In this document: positions 51,720 through 63,534 of the stretch, piece by piece | Position numbering within the stretch: position 1 is the stretch's first letter | Layout: every line of letters starts with the position of its first letter | Program-made: the position numbers and the translations under genes | From: Eledone cirrhosa | Taxonomy: Eukaryota | Length of the DNA stretch: 64,000 bases | NCBI GenBank assembly: GCA_964016885.1 | Contig: OZ024741.1 | Span: forward strand, 298,158,001 to 298,222,000 | Direction of reading: 5' to 3' | The notes under the pieces: generated by a model | What the model was told of the DNA's origin: nothing | The model's database searches: none | Seen by the model: only the letters and a program-made list of their open reading frames with translations

Positions 51720-52990
51720 GGGATTGAATGTGGGTAGGAAGGGAATCACAATGCATAGGACTTGTAAGAACACCTAACACAGCACCTGAACAACTGTGGG
51801 AAGACATCACTGTTTAACACTGAAAAAAAAGCAGCTAGAAGGCACCAGGTCATGACAGAATCCCATATTTCTGGTTGAAACATTTAACAGGGACACATAT
51901 GGTACTTGTAGAAAAGTTTAATGAGTTGCTGACAGAACCATTATTAAGTCAGACTAGCTCACTGATGGGAAAACGATCCTGATCCCTAAGAATATATGAC
52001 ACAACAAACCCTCAAAAAGCAACAGACCTATAACATGCCTTCCTTAACACATAGAAAAATAGAAAGAAAGCAACCTGTTTCCAGAAGATGCCGCAATCGT
52101 TTATATGGCTGTGAAGATCAGTTAGTGATCTACAAAGTCATAACTGAAGACTGCAGAAATAAAAGATTCTTAGTATAGCATAGATTGATCATGTTATTCC
52201 CATTTAGATAGTAAACAATACTATATGGAAAGAATCAAGTACATATAGAAATAGAGAGAAAGTGATGTCATATTGAGTATCCCCCACATCCAACTAACTT
52301 ACCCTCCGTCTCTGGGTCCTGGCTGACAAGATGGAGAATACATTGCCCCAGAGGGCAGTGATGGAGACACACTGGAACAGCATAGATTGATTACCAGAAG
52401 GCTTCTGACATCATTTCCTATGTGTGGATACTTGACTCACTAGCCATGAACAAAGTAGCACCAATAATAAAAATCAAAAAAAAATCATCAACTGTGCAGT
52501 AAGTGACAAACAGTTCTGTGCATACAGACAAAAGAAGTAGTTATATAAACTGAGGCCCCACAATTAGCTAAAGTCTGTCTCAAGCCAGAAAGTTTGTTAG
52601 GCTGGTGTTTATCCCGGTTTCATGGCATGAAACGACTGAGAGTACAAGACTCCTCCTTGGATAGGATGCCAGTCCATTGCAGGGTTAAACTCCCAGCTAT
52701 TGCTGGTACTCATTTTCAGCTGTGTAAACTGGAGCAGCATGAAATGAAGTGTTTTGCACAACACACAACCTAGCCCGAGAATTGAACCCACAACATTATG
52801 ATCGTAAGCCCAACATCCTTACTACTATGCTATGTGCCTCCACATCCCAACAAGGGGATTTCATATTTCCACTCCTCTTCTTCATAGCACTGACCCTATT
52901 AACTAAAATGCTAAACAGGATTGGTCTAGGACACAAATGTTACAGCAAGATAATAAACCATCTCTTGTATATGGACAATTTGAAGTTGTA
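51720..52990 (+). mobile_element. Old R4/Dong-like RT fragment interrupted by a SINE (52560-52840)
   Basis: IDYQKA.D...WILDSL; QGD...PLLFFIAL; INHLLYMDNLKL. Confidence 0.6.
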
Positions 52991-53095
52991 ACTGTCTGTT
53001 GGTCATCTCAACATTTATCAGTACAACTATTAATTAATTTTAACTATGGAACAAGAGCTATACAGTGTTATGAATGTGGAAAAAAGTTTTCTTAC

Positions 53096-53383
53096 CTTAA
53101 TGTTGATAATCTCTCGGGGGTTAGAAATTTTGTTGTTGGTCAAATAGAGTTGTTGTAGATTAGAAAGTCTGTTGAAATTCTCTAAAGAGGTAAAGAGGTT
53201 ATTTTCCAACGATAGATAGGACAGTCTTGTTAAGTTCTCCATGTTATTTAGATTCAGCTCATCTAAATAATTCTGTGACAGGTGCAGCTTCTGCAATTTC
53301 ACCAGCTGTGAAAGGTCACCAAGCTGACTGAGGCAGTTGTTGGCTGCTGAGATTTCCTCTAGACCAATGCAATTCTTCAGATT
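53096..53383 (-). CDS. LRRC9: LRRC9-like exon
   Basis: 288 nt, NLKNCIGLEEISAANNCLSQL...LSLENNLFTSLENFNRLSNLQQLYLTNNKISNPREIINIK, gtaaga donor. Confidence 0.9.
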
Positions 53384-54210
53384 CTGAAGGTTCAGATAAA
53401 AAAAAGATAAATAAACAAAAAAAACAAACTTAAAAGAAACAATAGTTTAAATACATGCATCTCTTCTCAAACCTCTAAAAACTTACTGATTATGAAATTT
53501 AAGAACATAGCATGCCAATCAGCCTAGGAATGGAATCCACAGCCTTATGATCATGAGTCCAACAACCTACCCACCATGCCATGTGCCTTTTTAATAGTAG
53601 CCAAATCTCTCTCAAATCACACTCTAACATCTTAAAAAAAAAGGAAGGATATATTTATTAATGCAGATCCAGATACAAAATCTCTGAAAAAGATGGGATG
53701 GCCATGGCAGGAGAATCTTTGATTATGGATTGACTTTATCAGATATGATTTTAGGGCTGTATACCAACAACAACAACAATCAAATGGAAGAACTAAGTTG
53801 GAGATAATCCAGAACTAAACAGCAATAATATAGAGATTGTCCTGACATGTTCTCTAACTAACTGAATTCAATTATAACGACAATTATAAGTGGTGGATTG
53901 GCAGAATATAATGCCATTGCAGTATTTGTTCTGTTCTAGCTTTTTACATTTTGGGTTCAAATCTCAACCAGCAGGAGACCCAGGGGTAGACGCTAAACAA
54001 GATGGTTGGATTACATTCATGAGCTTGGCTGGTCTCGCTTGGAGATCCAGCCAAATCAGTTGAAAATGGTTGCTTCTGACAGGACCTACCGGAAGGAGTG
54101 TTTGAGGACTCTGATAAAATGACTATCCTTCTTATTGGTTCATAATTATATAACAGCAGTATAATGTAGAAGTGTTTAAACAGTAGATAAGTGCATGCGC
54201 ATGTAGCATT

Positions 54211-54351
54211 AGTACAAGTAGTAGTAGTAGTGCTTGTAGTAGTAGTAGTACCACCACCAGCAGTAGTAGTAGTAGTAGAAATAGTTGTTGTAGTAGTAGT
54301 AGTAGTAATAGTTGTTGTACCAGCAGCAGCAGTAGCAGCTGTAGTAGTAGG

Positions 54352-54381
<30 letters not shown>
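54211..54381. repeat. (TAG/CAG)n compound microsatellite
   Basis: Direct reading. Confidence 0.9.
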
Positions 54382-54382
<1 letters not shown>

Positions 54383-54409
54383 TGTTTTTAGGAAGGGGAC
54401 ACCACCTAC

Positions 54410-54520
54410 CTGCAAAGTGGTCAGCTGGTTTTCGTCCAAAGACAGCCACCTGAGTAATGGTAGTTTGGCAATAATCGACAATTCTTGCAGGAAGCAGTGA
54501 TCAAGGCACAACGAAGTTAT
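54410..54520 (-). CDS. LRRC9: LRRC9-like exon
   Basis: 111 nt, ITSLCLDHCFLQELSIIAKLPLLRWLSLDENQLTTLQ, gtaggt donor. Confidence 0.9.
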
Positions 54521-55338
54521 CTAGAGGAAAGAGACAGAGAGGGAGGATATGGAGTATAAAGTAGAGGGGAGAGGAAGAAAGAGGAGGAAGTAGAAGAGAA
54601 AGGAAACAGCAAGAAAAGAAAAGGGGGAGAGATAAAAGGAAGAAAGAGGAACAGTCTATTTTAAGGAAATTTTAGAACTGCACAAATCTCCGAGGCAGGT
54701 GCCACGAATCAGTGTTTCATATTCTCTGAGTCTGAGAAAGATTTGTAATCATCATCATCATCATTATCATCATCCATGCGAGCATGGAATAGACAGTTCT
54801 GTTCTAGCACTGCCTACCTCTACTTATTATGTTCCTTTGTCATCTCCTTTGAGGGGTTCAGTGTTTTGTGGTCTACTCTCACCACATCTACCCAAGTCTT
54901 CTCTGGCATTCTTTGGCTGCAGGTTCCAGCTTTTCAAAGCATTTTATTGGTGTTTTAAGTAATTTAGCTATTATTTACCGTTAGGTACATGTAATGTTTG
55001 ACATAAAATGTAAACTTACTGCACAAAACTAGATTTAGAACTACATGAGCAGGGTGAGCAAGGGACAACTGCATATTAAAATAATTGTTTCTACTTTAGG
55101 CACAAGGCCAGCAATTACCCAGTACATTACTGGTACTTTATTTTATCGACCCCATAAGGATGAAAGGCAAAGTTAACCTCAGCGGGATTTGAACTCAAAC
55201 CGTAAAGGGACGTAACTATGCTAGAAAGCATGGCGTCCAACCCTCTACCGATACTGCCAATTATTAAAATAATAACTGCTATGTTAGAAAATAATACAAA
55301 GAGAGAGAGAGAGAGAAACAAAGAGGGAGAGAGAGTGA

Positions 55339-55374
<36 letters not shown>

Positions 55375-55471
55375 AAGAAAACAAAGAGAGATGGAGAGAA
55401 AGATGGTGAGAGGGAGTGACAGAGATAAAGAAAGAAAAAAAAATTACTAAAAGCTGGTTCCATTGACAAAC

Positions 55472-55735
55472 CTTAAACAGCTGATTCTCAGCATTGTCTA
55501 CAATGTGAAGCACATATTTGCTGCTCTCCAATAGGACCTGTGCCTTGTTATGTAGACTCAGTATTTTTGGAGCCATGATATCCATGCGTGCTCGGCGCTT
55601 TAGTAGAGGCAAGTGGCTTTGGTAACGCCTGAGGAGACCCTGTACACGCTGCATCTCTCTGTCATCGACTTCAATGTTATTGATGAATCGGATATTTCTA
55701 AGGTAGTAGATAATCTGAAGACGTAGATCAGGTGG
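55472..55735 (-). CDS. LRRC9: LRRC9-like exon
   Basis: 264 nt, PPDLRLQIIYYLRNIRFINNIEV...PKILSLHNKAQVL...ENQLFK; LRRcap-like segment resembling LRRC9 as I recall it. Confidence 0.85.
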
Positions 55736-55901
55736 CTGAAATGGCAAAAAATTGTGAGATGATTTGAAGAAAAGATTCAATATACTGGTTCAGAATGGTT
55801 GAAATACACACATTATGCTAATTTTTTTAAAGGGATAACAAGTGTTTTACATATGTGCACTTGTGTGTATCTATCTTTAGACCCCCTCTCTCTCTCTCTA
55901 G

Positions 55902-55956
<55 letters not shown>

Positions 55957-55960
<4 letters not shown>

Positions 55961-56272
55961 ATTAACAAATGGAAACTATATTTATAAAACCATATTTATT
56001 TCATTATACATATTTCAAGGACACCAAGTTAAATTATGGTGTGCTTTCATCAGATAAAATATAATATAGATCAGTTTTATAAATAAATATTGACATACCT
56101 TTAAAGAATGCAACCATTGCTGTTATTTATAAAACTGATCTATATTATATTTTATCTGATGAAAGCACACCGTAATTTAACTTGGTGTCCTTGAAATATG
56201 TATAATGAAATAAATATGTTTTAATGAAATAAATAGGTTTTATAAATATAGTTTCCATTTGTTAATATCGTA
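55957..56272. repeat. Fold-back insertion between (TA)n tracts with a hammerhead motif on each strand
   Basis: Arms about 55957-56086 and 56123-56272; motif at 56149-56211(+) and 55998-56060(-). Confidence 0.85.
56149..56211 (+). ncRNA. Type I hammerhead motif; inverted copy at 55998-56060
   Basis: ATTTTAT-CTGATGA-AAGCACACC...GGTGTCCTT-GAAA-TATGTATA-ATGAAAT. Confidence 0.7.
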
Positions 56273-56357
56273 TTTTTACTCCAAATATTTGTTGAGTGCT
56301 TTATATCAGTTATAAAAATATTTGCTTGTTGTATCCCAACAATTTGAATAGAACTCT

Positions 56358-56418
<61 letters not shown>

Positions 56419-56578
56419 GTAGAACACTGGGAGGTTATATCCGTAGTAAAGGAGCACTCAGTCCATGGGATGAGTTTGGTAGAAATTAGTTCCACAACAG
56501 TTAATTAACCATTGCTGAGGACAATTTGCTTTGCCTTAATGGATCTTCGGCTTGGCTGAATGATTTGCAAACCATTCA

Positions 56579-56620
56579 GCTGAGCTGAAGATCTGCAAAG
56601 TGAAACAAATTGTCCTCAGC
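56579..56620 (+). ncRNA. Type I hammerhead motif in the right arm of palindrome 56485-56653
   Basis: Stem I GCTGAG/CTCAGC, CTGAAGA, T-CT gcaa AG-T, GAAA, CAAATTG, GTC triplet; the left-arm copy has a mutated core. Confidence 0.7.
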
Positions 56621-56764
56621 TCGGCAATGGTTAATTAACTGTTGTGGAACTAACAAAATTAAATAAAAGATGTCATGTCTGAGAATACTACCTATAGAAG
56701 AAGCCCAAAGATTCTAAGGAATAAACCCGAACATTTATTAAAATCAAATTAAAAGTCAATTAAC

Positions 56765-58086
56765 ATAATAGCTGAATCAATGGCTGAACTAGAGAAGAAA
56801 TTCCAAACATGGAAGCATGGCCTAGAATCAAAAGGCCTTAAAGTTAACTTGTCTAAGACTAGAGTTCTAGTTTGTAGGAAGGAAAATAGGGCACCAGTCC
56901 CATCTGGGAAATGGCCATGCTCAGTGTGTAGGAAAGGAGTAGGCAGAAACTCCATTTTATGTCCCAAATGCAAAGTATGGGTGCATAAAAGATGTAGTGT
57001 GATCACAGGTAAGCTAACTAAGAATATAGATTTTATATGTGGCCGGTGCTCTGGTGCAATAAGTAGCAGCAAGTGCCCACAGAATACTAGCTCATTCCAT
57101 TGCACAGATGGTACTATAGAAATAGTGGACACCTTCCGTTACCTGGGTGACAAAATCAGCAGTGGGAGAGGGTGCTCTGAAAGTACAGTAGCTAGAGTCA
57201 GAATGGGATGGAAAAAGTTCAGAGAGCTTATACCACTATTGGCCGCTAAAGGGTTCTTTCTAAAAATGAAAGGCAGGCTGTATGATGCCTGCATACGAAC
57301 AGCAATGTTACATGGCAGTGAGACCTGGGCATTGTGTGCAGAGGATATACGCAGACTGGAGAGAAACGAAGCTTGCATGCTCCGCTGGATGTGTAATAGT
57401 AATATACGTGAACGGCAAAGCATAAACGAACTAAGGGAGAAATTTGGAATAAGAGGGATCAGATGTTGTTTACTCGAGAGAAGACTACGTTGGTATGGTC
57501 ACGTGATGCGCATGAAAGACGACAGCTGTATAAAAATGTGCAGGGCGATAAAAATAGACGGTAGCCACGGAGTAGGCAGACCCAGAAAAACCTGGGACGA
57601 CTTGATAAATTCCGACCTCACACACTTACACCTCTCCAAGACAATGTCACTGGACCGAGATCTTTGGCGGTACTCAGTAATACAGAAGACCCGCCTTGCC
57701 TAAGTACAAAGCGAAACCTACAGTCAGTAGGCACCTCTAACAAAATACCCCCCCCCCCCCCCCGTCCCACTACCCCCTTAAATGTGAAGTTATGTTGGTA
57801 CCACAACATCCAGTCCGAAACAAATGAGGTCGTGTAGGTGTCACAACAACAAAAAACACACAGTCCACGCTGTAATGTGGCTGTGTAGGTAACACGGTAA
57901 AAACCTCCCAGTCCACACTGTAAACGTGGTTGGTGTTAGGAAGGGCATCCAGCCGTAGAAAACCTGCCAGACAGTCCTATAAGAGCAAGACAACAAATCT
58001 TGCCTCAAGTGGGAAACCTCCCGTCCAAACCCATGCAAGCGTGGAAGATGGACGTTAAACGATGATGATGATGATGATGATGATGA
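56765..58086 (+). mobile_element. 5'-truncated RTE LINE with an uninterrupted C-terminal ORF (56780-57703); same family as 18700-20503
   Basis: Close similarity to 19160-20503, (GAT)n tail. Confidence 0.9.
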
Positions 58087-58970
58087 TATAAAATGAACAT
58101 ATCAAACATTGACAGGGGATAATTTGTAAAGAGTGCAAACACACGTAACTATGTGTGTTTAATTAATTAATGAAAAATGAAAGATGAGAAATGAAAAATA
58201 AAAATGGAAATCCAATTTCCATTTTCATTTTTCATTTCTCATCTTTCATTAATTAATTTTTCATTTATTTTCTGTTTTCTTCTTTTTATTGACTTCTATT
58301 TCTTCATATACATGGCAGACCCCCCCCCCCCACAAGAGATGGTGGCAGGATGGGTGAAGAAACACACACAGATGCTTATAAATGTCAGTAGCAGCAAGAC
58401 ATAGACTGACCAAAACACCAACAACACTACCAAATTAAGGGTAGAGGTCAGATGTACTTAACAATAGCAAAAACAAACACTACAGGGAACCTCACCTCAG
58501 AAAGAATTTCTATAGACTTTTGACTGAGGAATGCTCTCAAAACTGACCAATGGGGGGAGTGAACTTACAAATTTTTATAACATTGAGATTGGGTATAACA
58601 CACACACATTTTATTTAATTATTTTATTTGGTTCCTCTACCACTTTATCATTTTTTTGAGCTGACTCTAACACCAACACCACTACCAACATAAGAGTAGA
58701 GGTCAGATGTACTTAGCAATAACAAGAAAAACCACTACAGATGGCCTTGCCTCAGAATGAATTTCTATAGAATTCTGACTGAGGAATGTTCTCAGAACTG
58801 ACCAATGAGAGGAGAAGATGTCCTTTGACACTGAAATTTGTTTGTTTAAATTCATATGATTCCAGTTTCTCAATGAAACAACAACCCAATCAGGAACTGG
58901 GCATATCAGAGTATTGACAAAGTTAAACACCTCAACAACATGTGTACTCATCTCTACCACACTAATTCGG

Positions 58971-59031
58971 ACTGCCTGAAGAGGTCACAACCAAAGATGG
59001 CTGTCACCGAAATATATATAGCAGTAATAAA
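58971..59031 (+). ncRNA. Type I hammerhead motif followed by AATAAA
   Basis: Stem I ACTGC/GCAGT, CTGAAGA, stem II GGTCACAACCA aaga TGGCTGTCACC, GAAA, palindromic TATATATA stem III. Confidence 0.75.
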
Positions 59032-59172
59032 CGAAGCCAAATTTTAAACATTTGACTTATTTATTTTATTTTATTTTACATTACTCCGGAGTAACCAAAC
59101 CAACCTGTGCACTTCGTCGAGTGCTCCAATCTGCATACTGAGGTGTTGGTATACAACCAACATATACTCAAA

Positions 59173-59214
<42 letters not shown>

Positions 59215-59277
59215 CTGCTGGATGATAATACATGACCAGACATATCCCCATGATTGCATAACTACACCTTTGTATGA

Positions 59278-59334
59278 GCATCTGATGAAGTCACATTTAT
59301 AACCATGTAACAGAAATATATAACATGCAATAAA
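59278..59334 (+). ncRNA. Decayed hammerhead motif followed by AATAAA
   Basis: GCAT-CTGATGA-A-GTCACAT...ATGTAAC-A-GAAA-TATATAAC-ATGC-AATAAA, between (TA)n tracts. Confidence 0.55.
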
Positions 59335-60164
59335 GTAATTATAGTGAAGTAACCCTGTCTTAACTACTTTTACTTTGATATATATATATATTTATATATA
59401 TATATACACACACACGCACAAGGTCTGGCTGAAAAGTTCATAGGCTGACCAAGATACTCTCTTGGAATGTGACCAAATGAGGTATATCAATCTTGTAATA
59501 CTGTTTCACATTAATATTGATTGAATTAGTGACCTGTCATAATGAAATATCCACCAAAGTGTAAATATTTTAAAAACTATATGAGGATGTGTATGTAATG
59601 TAGAAGATATGATCTTCATCCTTTCCTAGTCTAGTGTAATGTCTGTCTCAAGCCAGGAGGCTCATCAGGCTGGCGGTTATCCCGGTTTTGTAGCGTGAAG
59701 CGACTGAGAGCACAAGACTCCTCTCATCCCTGGACAGGATCCTAGTCTGTTTGCAGGGTTAACTCAACCAGCTAATGCTGATATTCATTTTCAGCTGAGT
59801 ACACTGGAGCAGCATGAAACAAAGTGTCAAGAATACAACACATAGCTAACACAGGAATCAAACCCACGACATTATGATCGTAAGTCTCTCACCCTTACCA
59901 CTAGGCCATGTGCCTTCATCCTTTCCACAATAGGTAAATTAATTCATATTTACAAAAAAAAAAAAAATCAAAACCAAATCAATTTTTTTTGTGTGTGTGG
60001 GGAGATATTAGTAATTCGATAATCAATAAAGTTGAAATTCCTATTATTAATAGTTATGAAACACCAGAGAAAAAAAAAACTTACGTAATCAATCAAACAA
60101 AGACAAAGAAACATCTTATAAACAGTGGTACCTTGATATTTGGTCTATTGCATATGTTGGATGG

Positions 60165-60455
60165 TTGTGGATGGTAGAGAGCTAATGGTTGTGGTACATA
60201 TATGATGGTTGTAGTACAGAGATGATGTTTGTGGTACAGAGATGATGGTAGTGGTAGAGATGATGACAGTGGTACAGAGGTAATGGTAGTGGTACAGAGG
60301 TAATGGTTGTGGTACAGAGGCGATGGCAGTGGTACAGAGATGATGGTAGTAGTACAGAGGTGATGGTAGTAGTACAAAGGTGACAGTTGTGATGCAGAGG
60401 TGATGGTAGTGGTACATAGGTGATGGTAGTGGTACAGAGGTGATGGTTGTGGTGT
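60165..60455. repeat. 20-bp minisatellite (ggtacagaggtgatggtagt)
   Basis: Direct tandem units. Confidence 0.9.
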
Positions 60456-60508
60456 ATAAAATAAAATAAAATAAAATACGATATAACAAACTCATAGCTG
60501 ATATGTAC

Positions 60509-60640
60509 CTCATGCCAATCATTATGTGATACATTCAAAGAATGAAGACCAAAAGCATTCTGCTTCAAGATGTTTATAGACCTCTTGACATCAGTCAGGT
60601 GATTCCAGCTCACATCAAGGAATTTCAGATTTGGCAGATT
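60509..60640 (-). CDS. LRRC9: LRRC9-like exon
   Basis: AG/GT bounded, 132 nt, NLPNLKFLDVSWNHLTDVKRSINILKQNAFGLHSLNVSHNDWHE. Confidence 0.9.
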
Positions 60641-60734
60641 CTGTGAGACAGATGGCATTTGTTATATGTTTATTAAAAGCAAATATATATATATATATAT
60701 ATATTTAAAGAAATTTTAGCCTGAGAGTGGGGTT

Positions 60735-60810
60735 CAGAATTCTCTAAGAAATGGAAAAAGATGAGTATTGACGTCAATACTCATCTTTTTTCATTTCATA
60801 GAGGGTTCTG
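60735..60810. repeat. Short palindrome between (TA)n tracts
   Basis: gaaaaagatgagtattgacgtcaatactcatctttttt. Confidence 0.8.
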
Positions 60811-60897
60811 TACAAAAAATATGGCCAAAGCTTCTATTTATAATTTCAAACTCACTCGCTATTTCAAAACATACTTACTTGTCATATATATATTTAT

Positions 60898-60928
<31 letters not shown>

Positions 60929-62725
60929 ATCATCATCATCACTGTTTAATGTCTATTTTCTATGCTATTGTCAACACTAAGCCGCCTCAATTGTTTCTAT
61001 ATTTCATCTGCCTGTCACCCACCTCCAGGATTGTCTCTCTACTGACCACTGGTCTCTGTCTACTGAGTTATTTTTACCCAACCCTGTCATTGACAGCATT
61101 TGGCTGTTTTAACAGCTGTTCTTGCGATGCGTTTTCTCATTTTCTATGAATTCAAATATACTCTTGCGTCGTTTTGACTAGAATTGTAGACTACAGTTTT
61201 GTACCTAAGTACCCAAAAGTTTGTATAAGGGCTTAACTATTTAATGAAAAATGTGACATTTCAGGTTTTATATTTGTTTGATATCTTGCAGTTTTACGAA
61301 GTTCAACTTGAGTCACCTTCTTAATTGCTAAGATGAAACATTTATGAGTGAATCAATAATCCTGAACCACCTGGATTGTCAACAACTTCTTAAAGAAATT
61401 TGTCTAAATATATAGTGTATTGATTGTTTTCGTCTCAAGTATTAATAAACCTGTGCAAGGCCAGGTAATGCTGCTAGTAAAATATAAACAATACTCAACT
61501 TCAGTCCTTGTAGAGTTGATATCTTATTGAAACTGACATCCACATATTCCAAAGACTGAAATAGATTTCAATGGTAAATATATAATTTTATTACATTGTA
61601 TACAATATCAACTACTCTTGGGTCCCAAATAATAGGTGGGTGGGGTGAAATAAGCCGGGATTGGGTGGGGTGGTGATTGGAAAATCGGTAATTTTTCTAG
61701 GTTGTTCCTGTTGATATTTTTAAAAATCAAAATTAGTCATTTAGTTTACATATTGAGACCCCCAACCCATCCTATTTATTTGATAACATAAGAGATTTCT
61801 TATCATATATTTTTTTTGTCATGTATAATGTTTTTGATTGTCTAAAGAAAATAAATTGTTGCAAGAATTCTACCACAGAGGTAGATTAGCAAAATCTAAT
61901 AAGCGAGGGTAGGGTGGGGGTTTGGTGGTGGAATAAGAGCTGGGGTTAGGAAAAATCTGAAAAATTAATATGAAAATAGCTATTACAAATGTTTCTCAGA
62001 CTCAGAAAATATCAAACGCTGAAAGATCTGAAAGATCTGTGCAGTTCAAAATTTCCTTAAAATAAATTTTGGCATATTGGTCAAATGTCATTGGTCTGGA
62101 AGGCGCTGTAAAGGTGATTAGCTCTGATGTACATAAACAAATACATGTATTGTATGGTCTTAAATATGTCTTATAGTTAGCAGAAAAACTTTTATTAACT
62201 GAGATTATCCATACAATTAGTATATAAAATCTCTCTTGTGGAGCGTTAAAAATCTAAAAATAACAAGCCAAGAAGATACCTCCATCAAGATGGAGCAGAC
62301 ATATGAAGAATAGCAGGTGCTCTAGCTTGGCCTTAGCTGTTTAATAATAACACAGTCAGACAATAATAGTAGCATTCCTACAACAATTAATTTTCTTTAG
62401 TCATTAAAAAACATTATACATGACAAAATAAAAAGAACATTACAAGAAATCCCATGCGTTATGAAATGAATAAGATGGGTTGGGGTCTCAATATGTATAC
62501 TAAATGACTAATTTTGGTTTAAAAAAAAATCAACAGAGACAACCTAGAAAACTTACCAATTTTCCAACCACTCTACTTATTCCAACCCTGCTACTTATTC
62601 CATCCCTCCTATTATCCCCCCCCCCCCCATTATTTGGGCCCCCGAATGTAATTATAGAACAATTATACGACAATGACAGGAGGTGTATAAGAGAAAAGAA
62701 AAGAAAATATGTTTATGCTACTCAC

Positions 62726-62915
62726 AGGATAAATCAGATCAAGGCTAGAAAGATTATTAAAACTGGCTTCAAGTTTGACTAATGTCGGAATTAAGTTTGT
62801 TGAGATGTTAAGTTTATTTAGGTTCTGGCGACTCAGGTTGAGGTGAGTGATTGAGGAAAGTATTGGCTGGTCAGATAGTGAGTTGAGATCAAGAGTACCA
62901 TTGCTGAGAGCTAGA
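62726..62915 (-). CDS. LRRC9: LRRC9-like protein, first exon visible in window (gene continues beyond the right edge)
   Basis: ttcttgtcacag acceptor and gtgagt donor; reads LALSNGTLDLNSLSDQPILSSITHLNLSRQNLNKL...LVKLEASFNNLSSLDLIYP (LRR pattern); 190 nt, ends phase 0. Confidence 0.8.
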
Positions 62916-63534
62916 CTGTGACAAGAAAATGAACAGGAAACAATTATTATATATAATGAAGTACTGACACACTGAATGTGACAATCATGATAACATGCAA
63001 ACTCTTTGCAACTGTATTTATAATGAAAATACTCTATTTCAATTAATTAAAGATGAAGTTTGAGAATAGTAACTTAACATATGGTTCTTATATCAAATTA
63101 TTTTGGAAGATTTTAGTTTAAACAGGAACTCATTAAAATGAGTGGTTTTATTATAAAGGAATGGAGCTGCTTTTGGCTAGGTTGGTAGTAAAAGGGTTAA
63201 ATAATGAAAATACTCCAGCCTTCTTGCAAAGATATACATTGTTAAGTTAGAATTTTGTTACCTAATATTTTTAAAATTATAATATTTGTTTTTCTTTTTA
63301 GTCCTTAGTCACAGAGATGTTTTTATAGGGTATAAAGAAAATTTTGTCAGAATGTGAGAAGTGATTAACTGTTCCGATTAAACATCTTCAGGTATATGAG
63401 CTCTATATGTATGAGGAAAAACAAATCAAAGATTTAATGCTGAAAAGGCAGTACAGGTGGTAACCATATGGTTAAGACATATAATCACGTGGTTTCAAGT
63501 GTAACTCTTGTTACACAGTACCTTCTACCACAAC

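Noticed and set aside
54132-54449. Poly-Leu/Val/Tyr ORFs, and similar ORFs at 6194-6847, 41173-41483 and 60093-60534
   Set aside because: Translations of micro- and minisatellites
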